This document shows positions 22,701-32,189 of a DNA stretch of 64,000 bases, piece after piece. The stretch's first letter is position 1; every line of letters starts with the position of its first letter. Source of the DNA: an uncultured delta proteobacterium (GTDB lineage: Bacteria; Myxococcota_A; Polyangia; Haliangiales; Haliangiaceae); assembly GCA_963848295.1 (NCBI GenBank), contig CAWKDB010000011.1, positions 320,001-384,000 on the forward strand. Direction: 5' to 3'. The notes under the pieces were generated by a model, which saw only the letters and a program-made list of their open reading frames with translations, did not search any database and was not told where the DNA came from. A program made the position numbers and the translations under genes.

Positions 22701-25170
22701 CACCGCGGACACTCGCACGCGCGAGCAAGCGTCCGCCGCCGCGAAGCAGTGGGACGAGCGGCGTCGCCCGCGCGAGTTGTTGTGGCGCGGCGATCTGCTC
22801 GCGGAGCTCGAGCGCCTGCGCGCGCGTGCTCAGCTCACCGAGCTCGAGCTCGCGTTCGCGAACGCGAGCCGCGACGAGGCCGCCCGCGGTCGGCGGATCC
22901 GCCGCGCGATCTTGACCGCGATGCTCGTGATCGCGGCCGTGTTCGTCGTCGGGCTGTGGCGCGCCAACCGCGCCGCGCAAGAGGCGGCCGAGTCACGCGA
23001 GGCGGTGCTCCGTGACTCGATCTTCGACCAAGGCCGGCTCCGCATGCTCCAAGGCGACAAGCTCGGCGCCCTGCCCTATCTTGAGAAGGCGTACGCGATG
23101 GGCGAGACCGGCGCCGCGAACCGGCTGCTGATCGAGGAGGCGCGCCGACCGACGCGCGCGCGGGTCGCGACCCTCGAAGGGCACACCGACAAGCTGTGGA
23201 GCGTCGTCTACAGCCCCGATGGCAAGCGGATCGCGACCGCGAGCGCCGACGGCACCGCGCGGATCTGGGACGCCGCGACGAGCAAGACGCTCGACGTGAT
23301 CCAGCTCGAGGGGACGGTCAACGCGGTCGCGTTCAGCCCGGATGGCGCGCTGCTGGCGATCGGTGGCCGCGACGCCGCGGTCCGGCTGTGGGATGTCGCG
23401 GGCCGGCGTCAGATCGCGGCGCTCGCCGTGACGATGCGGATCGGGCACCTGGCGTTCAGTCCCGATGGGACGCGGTTGCTGGCGACCGGCAACGATGAAC
23501 ACGGGCCGTCGTTGGTCCGGATCTGGAGCATTCCGGATGGTCGTCCGGTCCTCGATCTCCCCGGGCACCGCGGTGAGGTCGGTGCGCGGTTCTCCGCCGA
23601 CGGCGGACGGCTGGGGACGTGGGATGACCACGGCCATGCGGCGCTGTGGGACGGCCACAGCTTCATCGAGCAGGCGCATTACGACTCGTCGTCGTCGGTT
23701 TTTGACGCCGGGGATCTCGATCGCTCGGGCTCGCTGTTCGCGCTCGGCACCGCGTCCGGGCAGCTCGACCTGATGCACCTCGATGGGACGATCGAGTCGC
23801 ACCCGGCCATCCATAGCAAAGCGATCCGCTCGATCGCGATCGCACCCGATGGCGCGACGATCGCGACCGCGACCGCGGATGCCACCGCCGAGCTGTGGGA
23901 CGTTCGCTCGCAGCGGTCGCGCGCCAGCCTCGCGGGCCACGGCGCGGCGGTCACGGTCGCGCGGTTCTCGCCCGATGGCCGGCTCGTCCTCACCGCGTGC
24001 GCGGACGGCGGCGTGCGGATCTGGACCGCGTCGACCGGGATCCTGCTCGGCGAGCTCGCCGGCCACACCAACGACGTGGACGCGGCGGCGTTCTCGCCGG
24101 ACGGGGCACGCGCAGTGACCGCGTCCTGGGACCATCAGGCGATCGTGTGGGACCTCGCCGCCGCGCAGCAGTTCCGCCCGGTGGAGACGCCGCTCGTCGA
24201 CACTCAGGCTCCGAACAGCGCCGTGAAGTACGGCCCTGACGGCCACACGATCGCGATGATCAGCGCGGATCGAGGGCTCGTCGTCTCCGATGCAAGCGCG
24301 ATCATGTGCCGCACTCGCGATCACCTCGCGATCCACGACTTCGCGTGGAGTCGTGACGGCGCTTGGATCGCGACGATCGACGGCGTTAATCCGCTCGTCC
24401 GGGTATGGAATGCTCGCACGTGCGAGCTCATGCACGAGCTGACGCAGTCCTCGGTCGCGTGGAGCATCGCGACCGGACCGAACGGCGTGCTCGCCGTCGG
24501 AGGCGACGACTCGATCTGGTTGTGGGGCGTTGCGCGCGAGCATCTCGACGCCACGTACGATCAGCTGCCGGGGAGCGTTTATGTCATCGAGTTTGCGCCC
24601 GGCGGCGATCGTCTGTTCGCGACGACGTACGAAACGTCTGGGTCGAGCGTCGTCGTTCAGGAGCTCGCCGACGCCCGCGCACGCCGGACCTTCCCGGCCG
24701 GCAAGCTGCCCCTGACAGCCCTCGAGCTCGACGCCAAGCACGGCTGGCTACTCGCGTCGAGCTTCGACCAGCACGTGCGGATCTGGGATCTCCGCTCGGG
24801 CGCGTTGGTCGATAACCTCGAAGGAACCGGCCCGTTGTTCGGATTGCGCGAGAGCCGCGATGGCGCGCTGATCATCGGCATCGGCGGCACGTCGCCGGCG
24901 GTCTGGGACGCGGCCACGCGCTCGCGGATCGGCATGCTCGAAGGCCACTCCGATCTCGTGATTCGCGGAGCGTTCCTCGACGACCGGTTATTCGTGACCG
25001 CGAGCCGAGATGGTACCGCGCGGGTATGGGACGTCTCGACCTTGCGCCCGCTGCTCGTGTTCGGAGCTACCGAGGCGGTCGATGGCAACGCCGCCGGTAC
25101 GGCATGGGTGCTGTCCGATGTAGGTGGCGCGCGCGAATGGTCGCCTGCGCTGCCAGAGCCGCGCGAATGA
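19726..25170 (+). CDS. Ser/Thr kinase - STAND (nSTAND1-like) NTPase - TM - WD40 protein
   Basis: GEGGFG, HRDLKPSN, DFG, YMSPE; Walker A GPSGAGKSS, VVDQLEELF; TM AILTAMLVIAAVFVVGLW; many GH...WD repeats. Confidence 0.95.
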   Translation: MVDHDALCGRALGEFVLRERIGEGGFGAVYRCEQPLLGREAVIKVLHHGLRESEIVLQRFMREAQLASRLDHPYAAHIYAFGVEKDDGLFWIAMELVQGTGLDRWLRDRGPLPLVQLVPFFERVAEVVQTAHERGIVHRDLKPSNIMVVERAGRLLPKLLDFGIAKMFGPSTAPSGPTTRRRLSSVAADAATESPELVTHAPVAVSPPLRAPKPSEIATVAPTTEKVAEDAHGAPLTQANATIGSPPYMSPEQWTDATTVGPSADLYALAVVAFEAITGRRPFSAPTVTAFAYLHCNEAVPSLGNGFPAALDRFFARAMAKRPDDRPATALELAATLRVAAGFGSVPEDLPRLDEAVRDTWLSEAPQSLAEGVGALDGARNPHQARDAARDLFRGLIRYLLVIALSARAQVRSERDDPSVRELLRALRVRELDEDERIKLLRLLVRPFSGRPGVHPVPELVELLAVHVDSGDDALDAVLRMRPSSDHAGSEDVVRSQLAQLVAGLSKLMRAATFILDYALVVPRDGVPERWMGLRRQHRALAVVREVKLVEAQPLLVDREGRFALALFPLLQVAAPSVGVDLELFAFEGKGRHGARLSAAPASFDHHDPGVWDWFGDNVLGELDRDSEHGQDDRPPFLGLASFATEDADRFVGREHEIDAFINRLRRQALQIVVGPSGAGKSSFIHAGVIPGLPVGWRAVSLRPGVAPLTVLAAKLASAGHAADELRALFALAPDAAAVSVARAEARETVIVVDQLEELFTLCDNAAERLRFATALARLSSAPDGSTRVVCTVRDDFLMHVEALAPLRPMLSPALFLLGNPSRDDLVRTVVEPARRAGYALSDDELARDMVGVVADRPGALALLSFTASRLWELRDRRFRQLTRKAYDAMGGVAGALGQHAEATFSSLLHDDQRIAREAFRHLVTADKTRAVMAVDELRQRLASSRADSVIDRLVAARLLAVIDGEAQSHIEIVHEALISAWPRLLQWTRENTADTRTREQASAAAKQWDERRRPRELLWRGDLLAELERLRARAQLTELELAFANASRDEAARGRRIRRAILTAMLVIAAVFVVGLWRANRAAQEAAESREAVLRDSIFDQGRLRMLQGDKLGALPYLEKAYAMGETGAANRLLIEEARRPTRARVATLEGHTDKLWSVVYSPDGKRIATASADGTARIWDAATSKTLDVIQLEGTVNAVAFSPDGALLAIGGRDAAVRLWDVAGRRQIAALAVTMRIGHLAFSPDGTRLLATGNDEHGPSLVRIWSIPDGRPVLDLPGHRGEVGARFSADGGRLGTWDDHGHAALWDGHSFIEQAHYDSSSSVFDAGDLDRSGSLFALGTASGQLDLMHLDGTIESHPAIHSKAIRSIAIAPDGATIATATADATAELWDVRSQRSRASLAGHGAAVTVARFSPDGRLVLTACADGGVRIWTASTGILLGELAGHTNDVDAAAFSPDGARAVTASWDHQAIVWDLAAAQQFRPVETPLVDTQAPNSAVKYGPDGHTIAMISADRGLVVSDASAIMCRTRDHLAIHDFAWSRDGAWIATIDGVNPLVRVWNARTCELMHELTQSSVAWSIATGPNGVLAVGGDDSIWLWGVAREHLDATYDQLPGSVYVIEFAPGGDRLFATTYETSGSSVVVQELADARARRTFPAGKLPLTALELDAKHGWLLASSFDQHVRIWDLRSGALVDNLEGTGPLFGLRESRDGALIIGIGGTSPAVWDAATRSRIGMLEGHSDLVIRGAFLDDRLFVTASRDGTARVWDVSTLRPLLVFGATEAVDGNAAGTAWVLSDVGGAREWSPALPEPRE

Positions 25171-25270
25171 CGTCGCGGAACCTGCTTGCAGAAACTGCAA
25201 GGCTTCACGGATAGCGCAGCGCCTGCGGAGGCAAACGTGCTGATTTGCTGGGTCGAGTCCGAGCGCGCAC

Positions 25271-25286
25271 TGGCCTAGCGCTTGCT
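25271..25286 (+). promoter_or_regulatory. Sigma54 -24/-12 promoter of the small peptide gene
   Basis: TGGCCTAGCGCTTGCT (GG-N10-GC). Confidence 0.7.
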
Positions 25287-25298
25287 CATCGGGAACAC

Positions 25299-25457
25299 AT
25301 GAAGAAACGACAGGCGAACCGCAAGCTGCAGCTGATGGTGAAGGTTATCCGCGATCTCAAGCCGTCCGAGGGTCGAAATGCCGCGGGCGGTTCAAACAAC
25401 CGCCCACCGCCGGACTGCACGTCGATCACCCACTGCGGCCAGACCTACGGCGAATAG
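25299..25457 (+). CDS. 52-aa double-glycine leader peptide (RiPP-precursor-like)
   Basis: MKKRQANRKLQLMVKVIRDLKPSEGRNAAGG|SNNRPPPDCTSITHCGQTYGE. Confidence 0.65.
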   Translation: MKKRQANRKLQLMVKVIRDLKPSEGRNAAGGSNNRPPPDCTSITHCGQTYGE

Positions 25458-25474
25458 CTGGCCCGCGCAGCCGC

Positions 25475-27277
25475 TCAACCCTCGCCGGTCGAGTCGCGCT
25501 TCTTCTTCGGCGTCAGGCCGTACTGCTTGGCCTTCTCGAAGAACGTACGCACCGGCATCGCGAGCAGGCCCGCCGCCCGCGTCTGATTGCCGCCGGTCGC
25601 GTCGAGCGCTTCGCGAATCCGCGTGATCTCGAGCTCGCGCAGCTCGTCGCCGAGTGGCCGGAACTGCGAGGGCGCGACCACCACCGGCGCGATTCGTCCG
25701 GTCACCCGCGAGCTCCGCGACAGCCGCTCGGCGACATGCTCGGCGGTGAGCGCATCGCCGAGATGTGCCGCCGCGACGTACTGCATGAAGTTCTTGAGCT
25801 CGCGGACATTGCCAGGCCAGGCGTACGCGAGCAACGCGGTCATGGCGGCGTCGGAGATCGCCATCATCGCCCGCCCGCTGCGCCGGCACGCATCGTCGAG
25901 AAATGACGCGGCGAGCAGCGGCAGCTCGCGCGCACGTTGGCGCAGTGGCGGCAGGTGCAAGGTCGCGCCCGACAGCCGGAAGTAGAGATCTTCGCGGAAT
26001 CGGCCGGCCGCGATGTCGGCCTCGAGATCGCGGTTGGTCGCGGCGACGATCCGGACGTCGACCGCTCGCTCGCGCACGTCACCGACGCGCGTCACCCGCT
26101 GGGTCTCGAGCACGCGCAGCAGCTTCGCTTGCGTGGCCGGCGCGAGCTCGCCGACCTCGTCGAGAAACAGCGTCGAGCCCGATGCGGCCTCGATCAGCCC
26201 GCTCTTGGAGCCCACCGCGCCGGAGAACGCGCCCTTCTCGTGACCGAATAGCTCGCTCTCGACGAGCGTATCTTGGATCGCCGCACAGTTGAGCGACACG
26301 AGCTGGTGGGCATGCCGCCGCGATAGCTGGTGGATCGCGGTCGCCGCGAGCTCCTTGCCGCAGCCGGTCTCACCTGTGATCAGCACCGCGAGATCGACCG
26401 GCGCGAGCCGTTCGATCAAGGCGTAGAGCCGAACGACCGACGGGTCGGCGACGATCACGCGCTGCGTCCCGATCGTCAGCGTCTGGTACGAGCGCGTCGT
26501 GCCTCCGATCTCGCCGGGGGCGATGCTGAGCGCGGCGTTGTGCGCGCTGGCGAGCAGCGCATCGGCGTCGTACCCGTCGAACGGACACGTGACGTGACCG
26601 ATCCGCAGCGCGGTGGTGCCGAGCTTGGCGCGAATCCTTCCGGCGATCGTCAACGCCTCGTCTTGCGAGGCTTCAGCAAGCAGCACGTGAAGCGCGTTGT
26701 CGCTGTCGGACCACGCCGCGGCGTCGATCCGGCGCAGCTGGTCGGCGACCATGTTTTCGGTGACTCGCCGGTCCGCGATCGTGCCGGGCCAGAGCAGGCA
26801 CAGCACCGAGAACGCGCGCTCGTAGCGGACTGCGCGATCGCTCTCGTCCTCGACCCGTTGCCGAAACGCGGGGCGGTCGAGCACCATCGCCGACGTCAGT
26901 GCCGCGGCGGTCGCGTGCAAGATCAGCGTCGTCTTGTTGATCGTGATGACGTCGTTGGCGCTCAGCATTTGCTCGCCGACGATCCGGACACCGTTGACGT
27001 ACGTCCCACGCTGCGACCCTTGATCGGCGACGGTCACGTGTCCATCCACGATCGTCAGCATCGCGTGCTGCCGCGAGATCGCCGCGTCGTCGATTCGAAG
27101 GTCGGCCGCTTCGGACCGCCCGACCATCACGCGCCCGGTCGTCGGGAGCTGATACATCCACGACGACGAGCCGCTGAACACCAACAAGTGCCGGCGCTCG
27201 ATGCTCGGGGTGGCCGACACCTCATCGCGCGGCGCGGCGGTATCGCTCTGCGTGGCTCCCCTGGGCGTCTTTTCCAT
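25475..27277 (-). CDS. FHA - degenerate GGDEF-like - sigma54 enhancer-binding protein (AAA+, Fis HTH)
   Basis: FHA VGRS...ISRQHA...[51 protein letters not shown]. Confidence 0.93.
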   Translation of the reverse strand: MEKTPRGATQSDTAAPRDEVSATPSIERRHLLVFSGSSSWMYQLPTTGRVMVGRSEAADLRIDDAAISRQHAMLTIVDGHVTVADQGSQRGTYVNGVRIVGEQMLSANDVITINKTTLILHATAAALTSAMVLDRPAFRQRVEDESDRAVRYERAFSVLCLLWPGTIADRRVTENMVADQLRRIDAAAWSDSDNALHVLLAEASQDEALTIAGRIRAKLGTTALRIGHVTCPFDGYDADALLASAHNAALSIAPGEIGGTTRSYQTLTIGTQRVIVADPSVVRLYALIERLAPVDLAVLITGETGCGKELAATAIHQLSRRHAHQLVSLNCAAIQDTLVESELFGHEKGAFSGAVGSKSGLIEAASGSTLFLDEVGELAPATQAKLLRVLETQRVTRVGDVRERAVDVRIVAATNRDLEADIAAGRFREDLYFRLSGATLHLPPLRQRARELPLLAASFLDDACRRSGRAMMAISDAAMTALLAYAWPGNVRELKNFMQYVAAAHLGDALTAEHVAERLSRSSRVTGRIAPVVVAPSQFRPLGDELRELEITRIREALDATGGNQTRAAGLLAMPVRTFFEKAKQYGLTPKKKRDSTGEG

Positions 27278-27540
27278 AGGGACGAGTCGCTGCTGCGATC
27301 CACCGACGATTCTCGGCGGATCGCCAGGAACTTACAAGCGGCAGGCCGCCAGCGTCGGCGGCGGCCGTCATCCGCTCTTCATCTAAGGCTGCGTGAACCC
27401 CGGTTCGCCGAGCCGCAAAGCGCGCGTAAATCGACCGCGCAACATCATCGCTTGTTCCCCTGCCTCCACGAGGGTTCGCGCACCACTTGCGCGGCCGGAG
27501 ATCACGACGCATGCAGTGCGCGATCAGCGCCGGTTCTTCC

Positions 27541-27556
27541 AGGCACGGCTCTTGAT
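27541..27556 (+). promoter_or_regulatory. Sigma54-like promoter of hemN
   Basis: AGGCACGGCTCTTGAT (GA at -12 variant). Confidence 0.5.
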
Positions 27557-27568
27557 GGCTGTGTGGGC

Positions 27569-28927
27569 ATGCAGCTCACCGCCGAGCGCCTTGCCGAGAT
27601 GTCGAGTCGTGGCCCACGCTACACGAGTTACCCACCGGCAACCGAGTTCGCGGCGCTCGATCCCGAGGTCGTGGACCGCGAGCTCGACACGATGCGCCGG
27701 CACCCCACCGCCGGTTCGCTCTACGTTCATGTCCCGTTCTGTCGCAGCTTGTGCGCCTACTGCGGCTGTAACGTGATCCCGACGCGGGACGTCTCCAAGG
27801 GCGAGCGCTACATCGACGCGCTCGCGACCGAGGCCGCGATCCTGGCGGGCAAGCTGGGCTCGGCGTACCCGGTCGCCGAGATCGCGATCGGCGGCGGATC
27901 GCCGAACTTCTTGTCGCCTCGCTCGCTGAGAACGCTGATGACCTCGTTGCTGCGCAGCTTCGCGGTGGCAGACGATGCGCGGTTGTCGGTCGAGCTCGAT
28001 CCGCGCGACACGACGTTCGCGCAGGTCGACGCGTTCGCCGCTGCGGGGTTTCGCGCGCTGTCGGTCGGCATCCAGGACTTCTCGCCCGATGTCCAGGATG
28101 CGATCCGTCGCCACCAGACGATCGCGCAGACCGGGTGGTTGATCGAGCGTGCCCGCAAGGCGGGGTTCACCGACATCAACGCCGACATCGTCTACGGGCT
28201 CCCGCGCCAGAACGAGGCGTCGTTCGCCGCGACGCTGGACGCGGTCATCGGCCTGGGGCCCGAACGCATCGCGCTGTTCGGGTATGCGCACCTGCCCGAT
28301 CGCCTGCCGCACCAGCGTCTGGTCGAACGCGCCGGGCGGGTCCTCGACCGCTACGAGCGCGCGCAGCTGCTGCTGCTCGCGATCGAACAGCTATCGCGCG
28401 CGGGCTATCTCCGGCTGGGCCTCGATCACTTCGCGAAGCCGGGCTCCGCGCTCGCCCATGCCGCGGCGGGCGGACGCATGACGCGTACGTTCCAGGGCTA
28501 CGTCGAACGCAAAGCGGACGCGATCCTCGGCCTCGGCGTCTCGGCGATCTCGTCGACGCCGCACGTGTTCTGGCAGAATCACCCCGACCTCGCGTCTTAC
28601 GAGCGTGCGCTCGCCGCGGCCGAGCTACCGATCACGCGCGGCAAGGCCTTGGACGGCGATGACGAGGTCCGGCGCGCGCTGATCGAGCACCTCATGTGCA
28701 ACGGTGAGGTCGATCTCGAGCAACTCGGGGAGCGCTACGCGATCGACGCGGAGACGTACTTCGCGACCGAGCTCGGCTCGCTCGTACGGCAGCCGGAGCT
28801 AGCGGTCTACGACGCCGAGGCTCGCGTGATCCGGACTACCGAGCTCGGCACCCTGCTCGTGCGCAACGTGTGCATGCTGTTCGATCGCTATGACCACGCT
28901 GCCGGGCGATTCTCGATGACGGTCTGA
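27569..28927 (+). CDS. hemN: Oxygen-independent coproporphyrinogen III oxidase
   Basis: GPRYTSYP, YVHVPFCRSLCAYCGC (radical SAM), GLDHFA, RTFQGY. Confidence 0.95.
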   Translation: MQLTAERLAEMSSRGPRYTSYPPATEFAALDPEVVDRELDTMRRHPTAGSLYVHVPFCRSLCAYCGCNVIPTRDVSKGERYIDALATEAAILAGKLGSAYPVAEIAIGGGSPNFLSPRSLRTLMTSLLRSFAVADDARLSVELDPRDTTFAQVDAFAAAGFRALSVGIQDFSPDVQDAIRRHQTIAQTGWLIERARKAGFTDINADIVYGLPRQNEASFAATLDAVIGLGPERIALFGYAHLPDRLPHQRLVERAGRVLDRYERAQLLLLAIEQLSRAGYLRLGLDHFAKPGSALAHAAAGGRMTRTFQGYVERKADAILGLGVSAISSTPHVFWQNHPDLASYERALAAAELPITRGKALDGDDEVRRALIEHLMCNGEVDLEQLGERYAIDAETYFATELGSLVRQPELAVYDAEARVIRTTELGTLLVRNVCMLFDRYDHAAGRFSMTV

Positions 28928-28930
28928 CGG

Positions 28931-29038
28931 TCAGTGCATCAGCAGCACGACCATCACCATGATCACGCCACACAAGATCGTGGTCCACATCAGCACGTGC
29001 AACGGGATGGTCCACGCTTCGTCTTTGGGGATCGCCAT
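28931..29038 (-). CDS. 35-aa single-TM small protein
   Basis: [35 protein letters not shown]; own sigma54 motif at 29051-29066. Confidence 0.55.
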   Translation of the reverse strand: MAIPKDEAWTIPLHVLMWTTILCGVIMVMVVLLMH

Positions 29039-29050
29039 GGCTGACGATCG

Positions 29051-29066
29051 AGCACGCGCCATGCCA
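29051..29066 (-). promoter_or_regulatory. Sigma54 promoter
   Basis: TGGCATGGCGCGTGCT on the minus strand. Confidence 0.6.
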
Positions 29067-29173
29067 TGCCGCGCGCGGCGAGCCATCGCGCATCGATCAC
29101 GCAGACGCTGCATCGGCCGAGTCGAGCGACGCAGGGCTTGCGCGCGTTCGGTCGCCAAACAGCGCGGGAAGTG

Positions 29174-29189
29174 CGGCACGCGAGTTGCG
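29174..29189 (+). promoter_or_regulatory. Sigma54 promoter of the cco operon
   Basis: CGGCACGCGAGTTGCG. Confidence 0.7.
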
Positions 29190-29202
29190 AACGGTGTGCG
29201 CC

Positions 29203-31387
29203 GTGCCGAACGAAACGATCCGTTATGACGACGCGATAGTACGACGTTTTCTGACCGCGACGCTCGTATGGGGTGCGGTCGGCATGTTGGTCGGATTGTG
29301 GTGCGCGCTGCAGCTCGCGGCGCCGTCGCTGAACTTCGCGCCGTACTTCACGTTCGGTCGGCTACGCCCGCTCCATACGAATGCCGTGATCTTCGCGTTC
29401 GCGGGCAACGCGATCTTTGCGGCGGTGTACTACTCGTCGCAGCGGCTGCTGAAGGCGCGACCGCTCGCGACCCTGTCCAAGATCCACTTCTGGGGGTGGC
29501 AGTCGATCATCGTCGCGGCAGCGATCACGCTCCCGCTCGGGTTCACGCAGGCTAAAGAATACGCCGAGCTCGAGTGGCCGATCGATCTCGCGATCGCGGT
29601 CGTGTGGGTCACGTTCGCCGTGAACTTCTTTGCGATGGTACGGAACCGGCGCGAGAAGCATCTCTACGTCGCGCTGTGGTTCTACATCGCGACGATCATC
29701 ACGGTCGCGATCCTCCACATCTTCAACAACCTCGCGCTTCCGGTCGGTGCGTTCAAGAGCTACTCGATCTACGCCGGCGTCCAAGACGCGTTCATGCAGT
29801 GGTGGTACGGGCACAACGCGGTCGCGTTCTTCCTGACGACGCCGTTCCTCGGCCTCATGTACTACTTCTTGCCGAAGGCGGCCGAGCGCCCGATCTATAG
29901 CTACCGCCTCTCGATCCTGCACTTCTGGTCGCTCGTCTTCATCTACATCTGGGCCGGGCCGCACCACCTCCACTACACCGCGCTGCCGCAATGGGCGTCG
30001 ACGCTCGGCATGGTGTTCAGCGTGATGCTGTGGATGCCGTCGTGGGGCGGCATGATCAACGGCCTGCTCACGCTGCGCGGCGCATGGGGACGCGTCGCCG
30101 AAGATCCGGTCCTCAAGTTCTTCGTCGTCGGGATCACGTTCTACGGCATGGCGACGTTCGAGGGCCCGATGCTCTCGGTCAAGAGCGTCAACGCGCTGTC
30201 GCATTACACCGATTGGAACATCGCGCACGTCCACGGCGGCGCACTCGGCTGGGTCGGTTTCATGATCGTTCGGCATGACGTACTGGCTCGTGCCGCGGCT
30301 CTATCAAGCGAAGCTGTACTCGAAGAAGCTCGCGACGACGCACTTCTGGCTCGCAACGATCGGCATCGTGCTCTACGTCGTCGCGATGTGGGCGTCGGGC
30401 ATCACCCAAGGCCTGATGTGGCGCGCGTTCGACTCGACCGGTCGGCTGCAGTATCCCGACTTCCTCGAGACCGTTACCCGGCTCGTGCCGATGTACTGGA
30501 TGCGCGCGTTTGGCGGCGCGATGTACATCACCGGGCTCGGCGTCGGCGTTTACAACATCTACAAGACCTGGCGAGCGCGGCCCGCGACCTACGACGAGCC
30601 CGAGATCTCGGTGCCGCCGATGATCCGCGCGGCGAGGCAAGTCGAACAGAAGCAGCGAGTCCTCGAACGCGCGACCGAGAAGCCGGTCCACTGGCATCGC
30701 CGGTGGGAGGGATTGCCCGCGCTGTTCACGGTGCTGGTCGCGCTGGCGGTGATCGTCGCGTCGCTATTCGAGATCCTGCCGACGTTCCTGATCGGCAGCA
30801 ACGTGCCGACGATCAAGACCGTGCAACCGTACACGCCGCTCGAGCTCTACGGCCGCGATATCTATCTACGCGAGGGTTGCTACAACTGCCACTCGCAGAT
30901 GATCCGGCCGTTCATCGACGAGACCGTGCGCTACGGCTCGAACGGCAAGCCGGCGGAGTATTCGAAGCCGGGCGAGTTCATCTACGACCACCCGTTCCAA
31001 TGGGGCAGCAAACGAACCGGACCGGATCTCGCGCGCGAAGGCGGCAAGCGCGATGAGCTCTGGCTGCTGCGCCACTTCGACGACCCGCGTTCGACGTCGC
31101 CGGGGTCGGTCATGCCGGACTACCCGGACCTCCTGACCGACACGATCCCGTGGGACACGATCCAGGCGCACGTCGATGGCATGGCGAAGCTCGGCGTGCC
31201 GTACGGCCCGACGGCGCTGGCGCACGCGGACGCCCTCGCGAAGACCCAGGCCCTCACACTCGCCGCGATGCTCGAGGCCGAAGGCGGCCCACCGCAGATG
31301 AACGACAAGGAAGTCATCGCGCTGATCGCGTACATGCAGCGCCTCGGCAAGGACATTCGGCTCGACAGCGACGGAGGTTCCAAGTGA
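29203..31387 (+). CDS. ccoNO: cbb3 cytochrome c oxidase fused subunits I/II, with a +1 frameshift at ~30268
   Basis: [26 protein letters not shown]; after removing one G it reads [11 protein letters not shown]...[23 protein letters not shown]. Confidence 0.92.
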
Positions 31388-31566
31388 TTCGCTTATCCGA
31401 GCTCATCTCAGCGCTGACTCCGGCCGAATACGCGGAGCTCTCGCTCGTCTTGTTCCTCGCGGTGTTCGCGGCGATCGCCTTCCGACATGGTGGAAAGCGG
31501 CGCAGGGCCGAGCACGACGAGTGCGCGCGCATGCCGCTGTGCGACGACGCGGGGGAGCCGCGATGA
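31384..31566 (+). CDS. ccoQ: cbb3 oxidase subunit CcoQ-like
   Basis: Single TM SLVLFLAVFAAI, then ...ARMPL.DD; located between ccoO and ccoP. Confidence 0.75.
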   Translation: MIRLSELISALTPAEYAELSLVLFLAVFAAIAFRHGGKRRRAEHDECARMPLCDDAGEPR

Positions 31567-32189
31567 GTCCCGCGACCGCGCAGTCGCGTGACGCCGAAGT
31601 CACCGCCTCGGCGGGCGAGCAGGAGCTCGAGCCCCACCTCATGGATCACTCGTACGACGGGATCCAGGAGTACGACAACCCGTTGCCCGGGTGGTGGCGC
31701 GCGATCTTCTACGCGTCGATCGTGTTCGCGTTCGGGTACTTCACGTATTACGAGATCGCCGGTCTCGGCCGCAACGCGGACCAAGCGTATCGCGCCGCGC
31801 TCGCCGACTACGACAGCAAGCGCGCGTTGCGCGACGCCGCCGATGCCGCGAACGTCACCGAGGCGATGCTCGCGACCGGCGCCGCGAATTCGGAGTTGAC
31901 CGAGCGAGGCCGGACGATCTTCGCGACGCGCTGCGCTACGTGCCACACCGCCGATGGTCACGGCTTGATCGGGCCGAACCTCACCGACGAGTTTCAGATC
32001 CACGGCACGACGCGAATGGACATCTTCAAGACGATCCGCGGCGGAGTCCCGGGGACCGCGATGCCGGCGTGGGGCGAACAGATGGCCCCGACCGACGTGG
32101 TCGCGGTCGCGACGTTCGCGATCTCGCTGCGCGGCAAGAACATCCGAGGCAAGGCGCCTCAAGGTCACCGGGTGGAGAAGTTCAAGTGA
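31563..32189 (+). CDS. ccoP: cbb3 oxidase subunit III (monoheme)
   Basis: DHSYDGIQEYDNPLPGWW, CATCH, GPNLTD, MPAW. Confidence 0.93.
   Translation: MSPATAQSRDAEVTASAGEQELEPHLMDHSYDGIQEYDNPLPGWWRAIFYASIVFAFGYFTYYEIAGLGRNADQAYRAALADYDSKRALRDAADAANVTEAMLATGAANSELTERGRTIFATRCATCHTADGHGLIGPNLTDEFQIHGTTRMDIFKTIRGGVPGTAMPAWGEQMAPTDVVAVATFAISLRGKNIRGKAPQGHRVEKFK

Noticed and set aside
22993..24741. Long antisense ORFs opposite the kinase and other genes
   Set aside because: Typical high-GC shadow frames with no recognisable motifs.
26330..27568. Long N-terminal extensions of hemN (likewise the amidase, FAAL, ATPase and 47407 hydrolase ORFs)
   Set aside because: GC-rich open frames overlapping real neighbouring genes; homology starts at the downstream start codons.
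30260..30280. Programmed ribosomal frameshift in ccoN
   Set aside because: No slippery sequence; it falls inside a conserved TM region, and similar indels occur elsewhere in the window.
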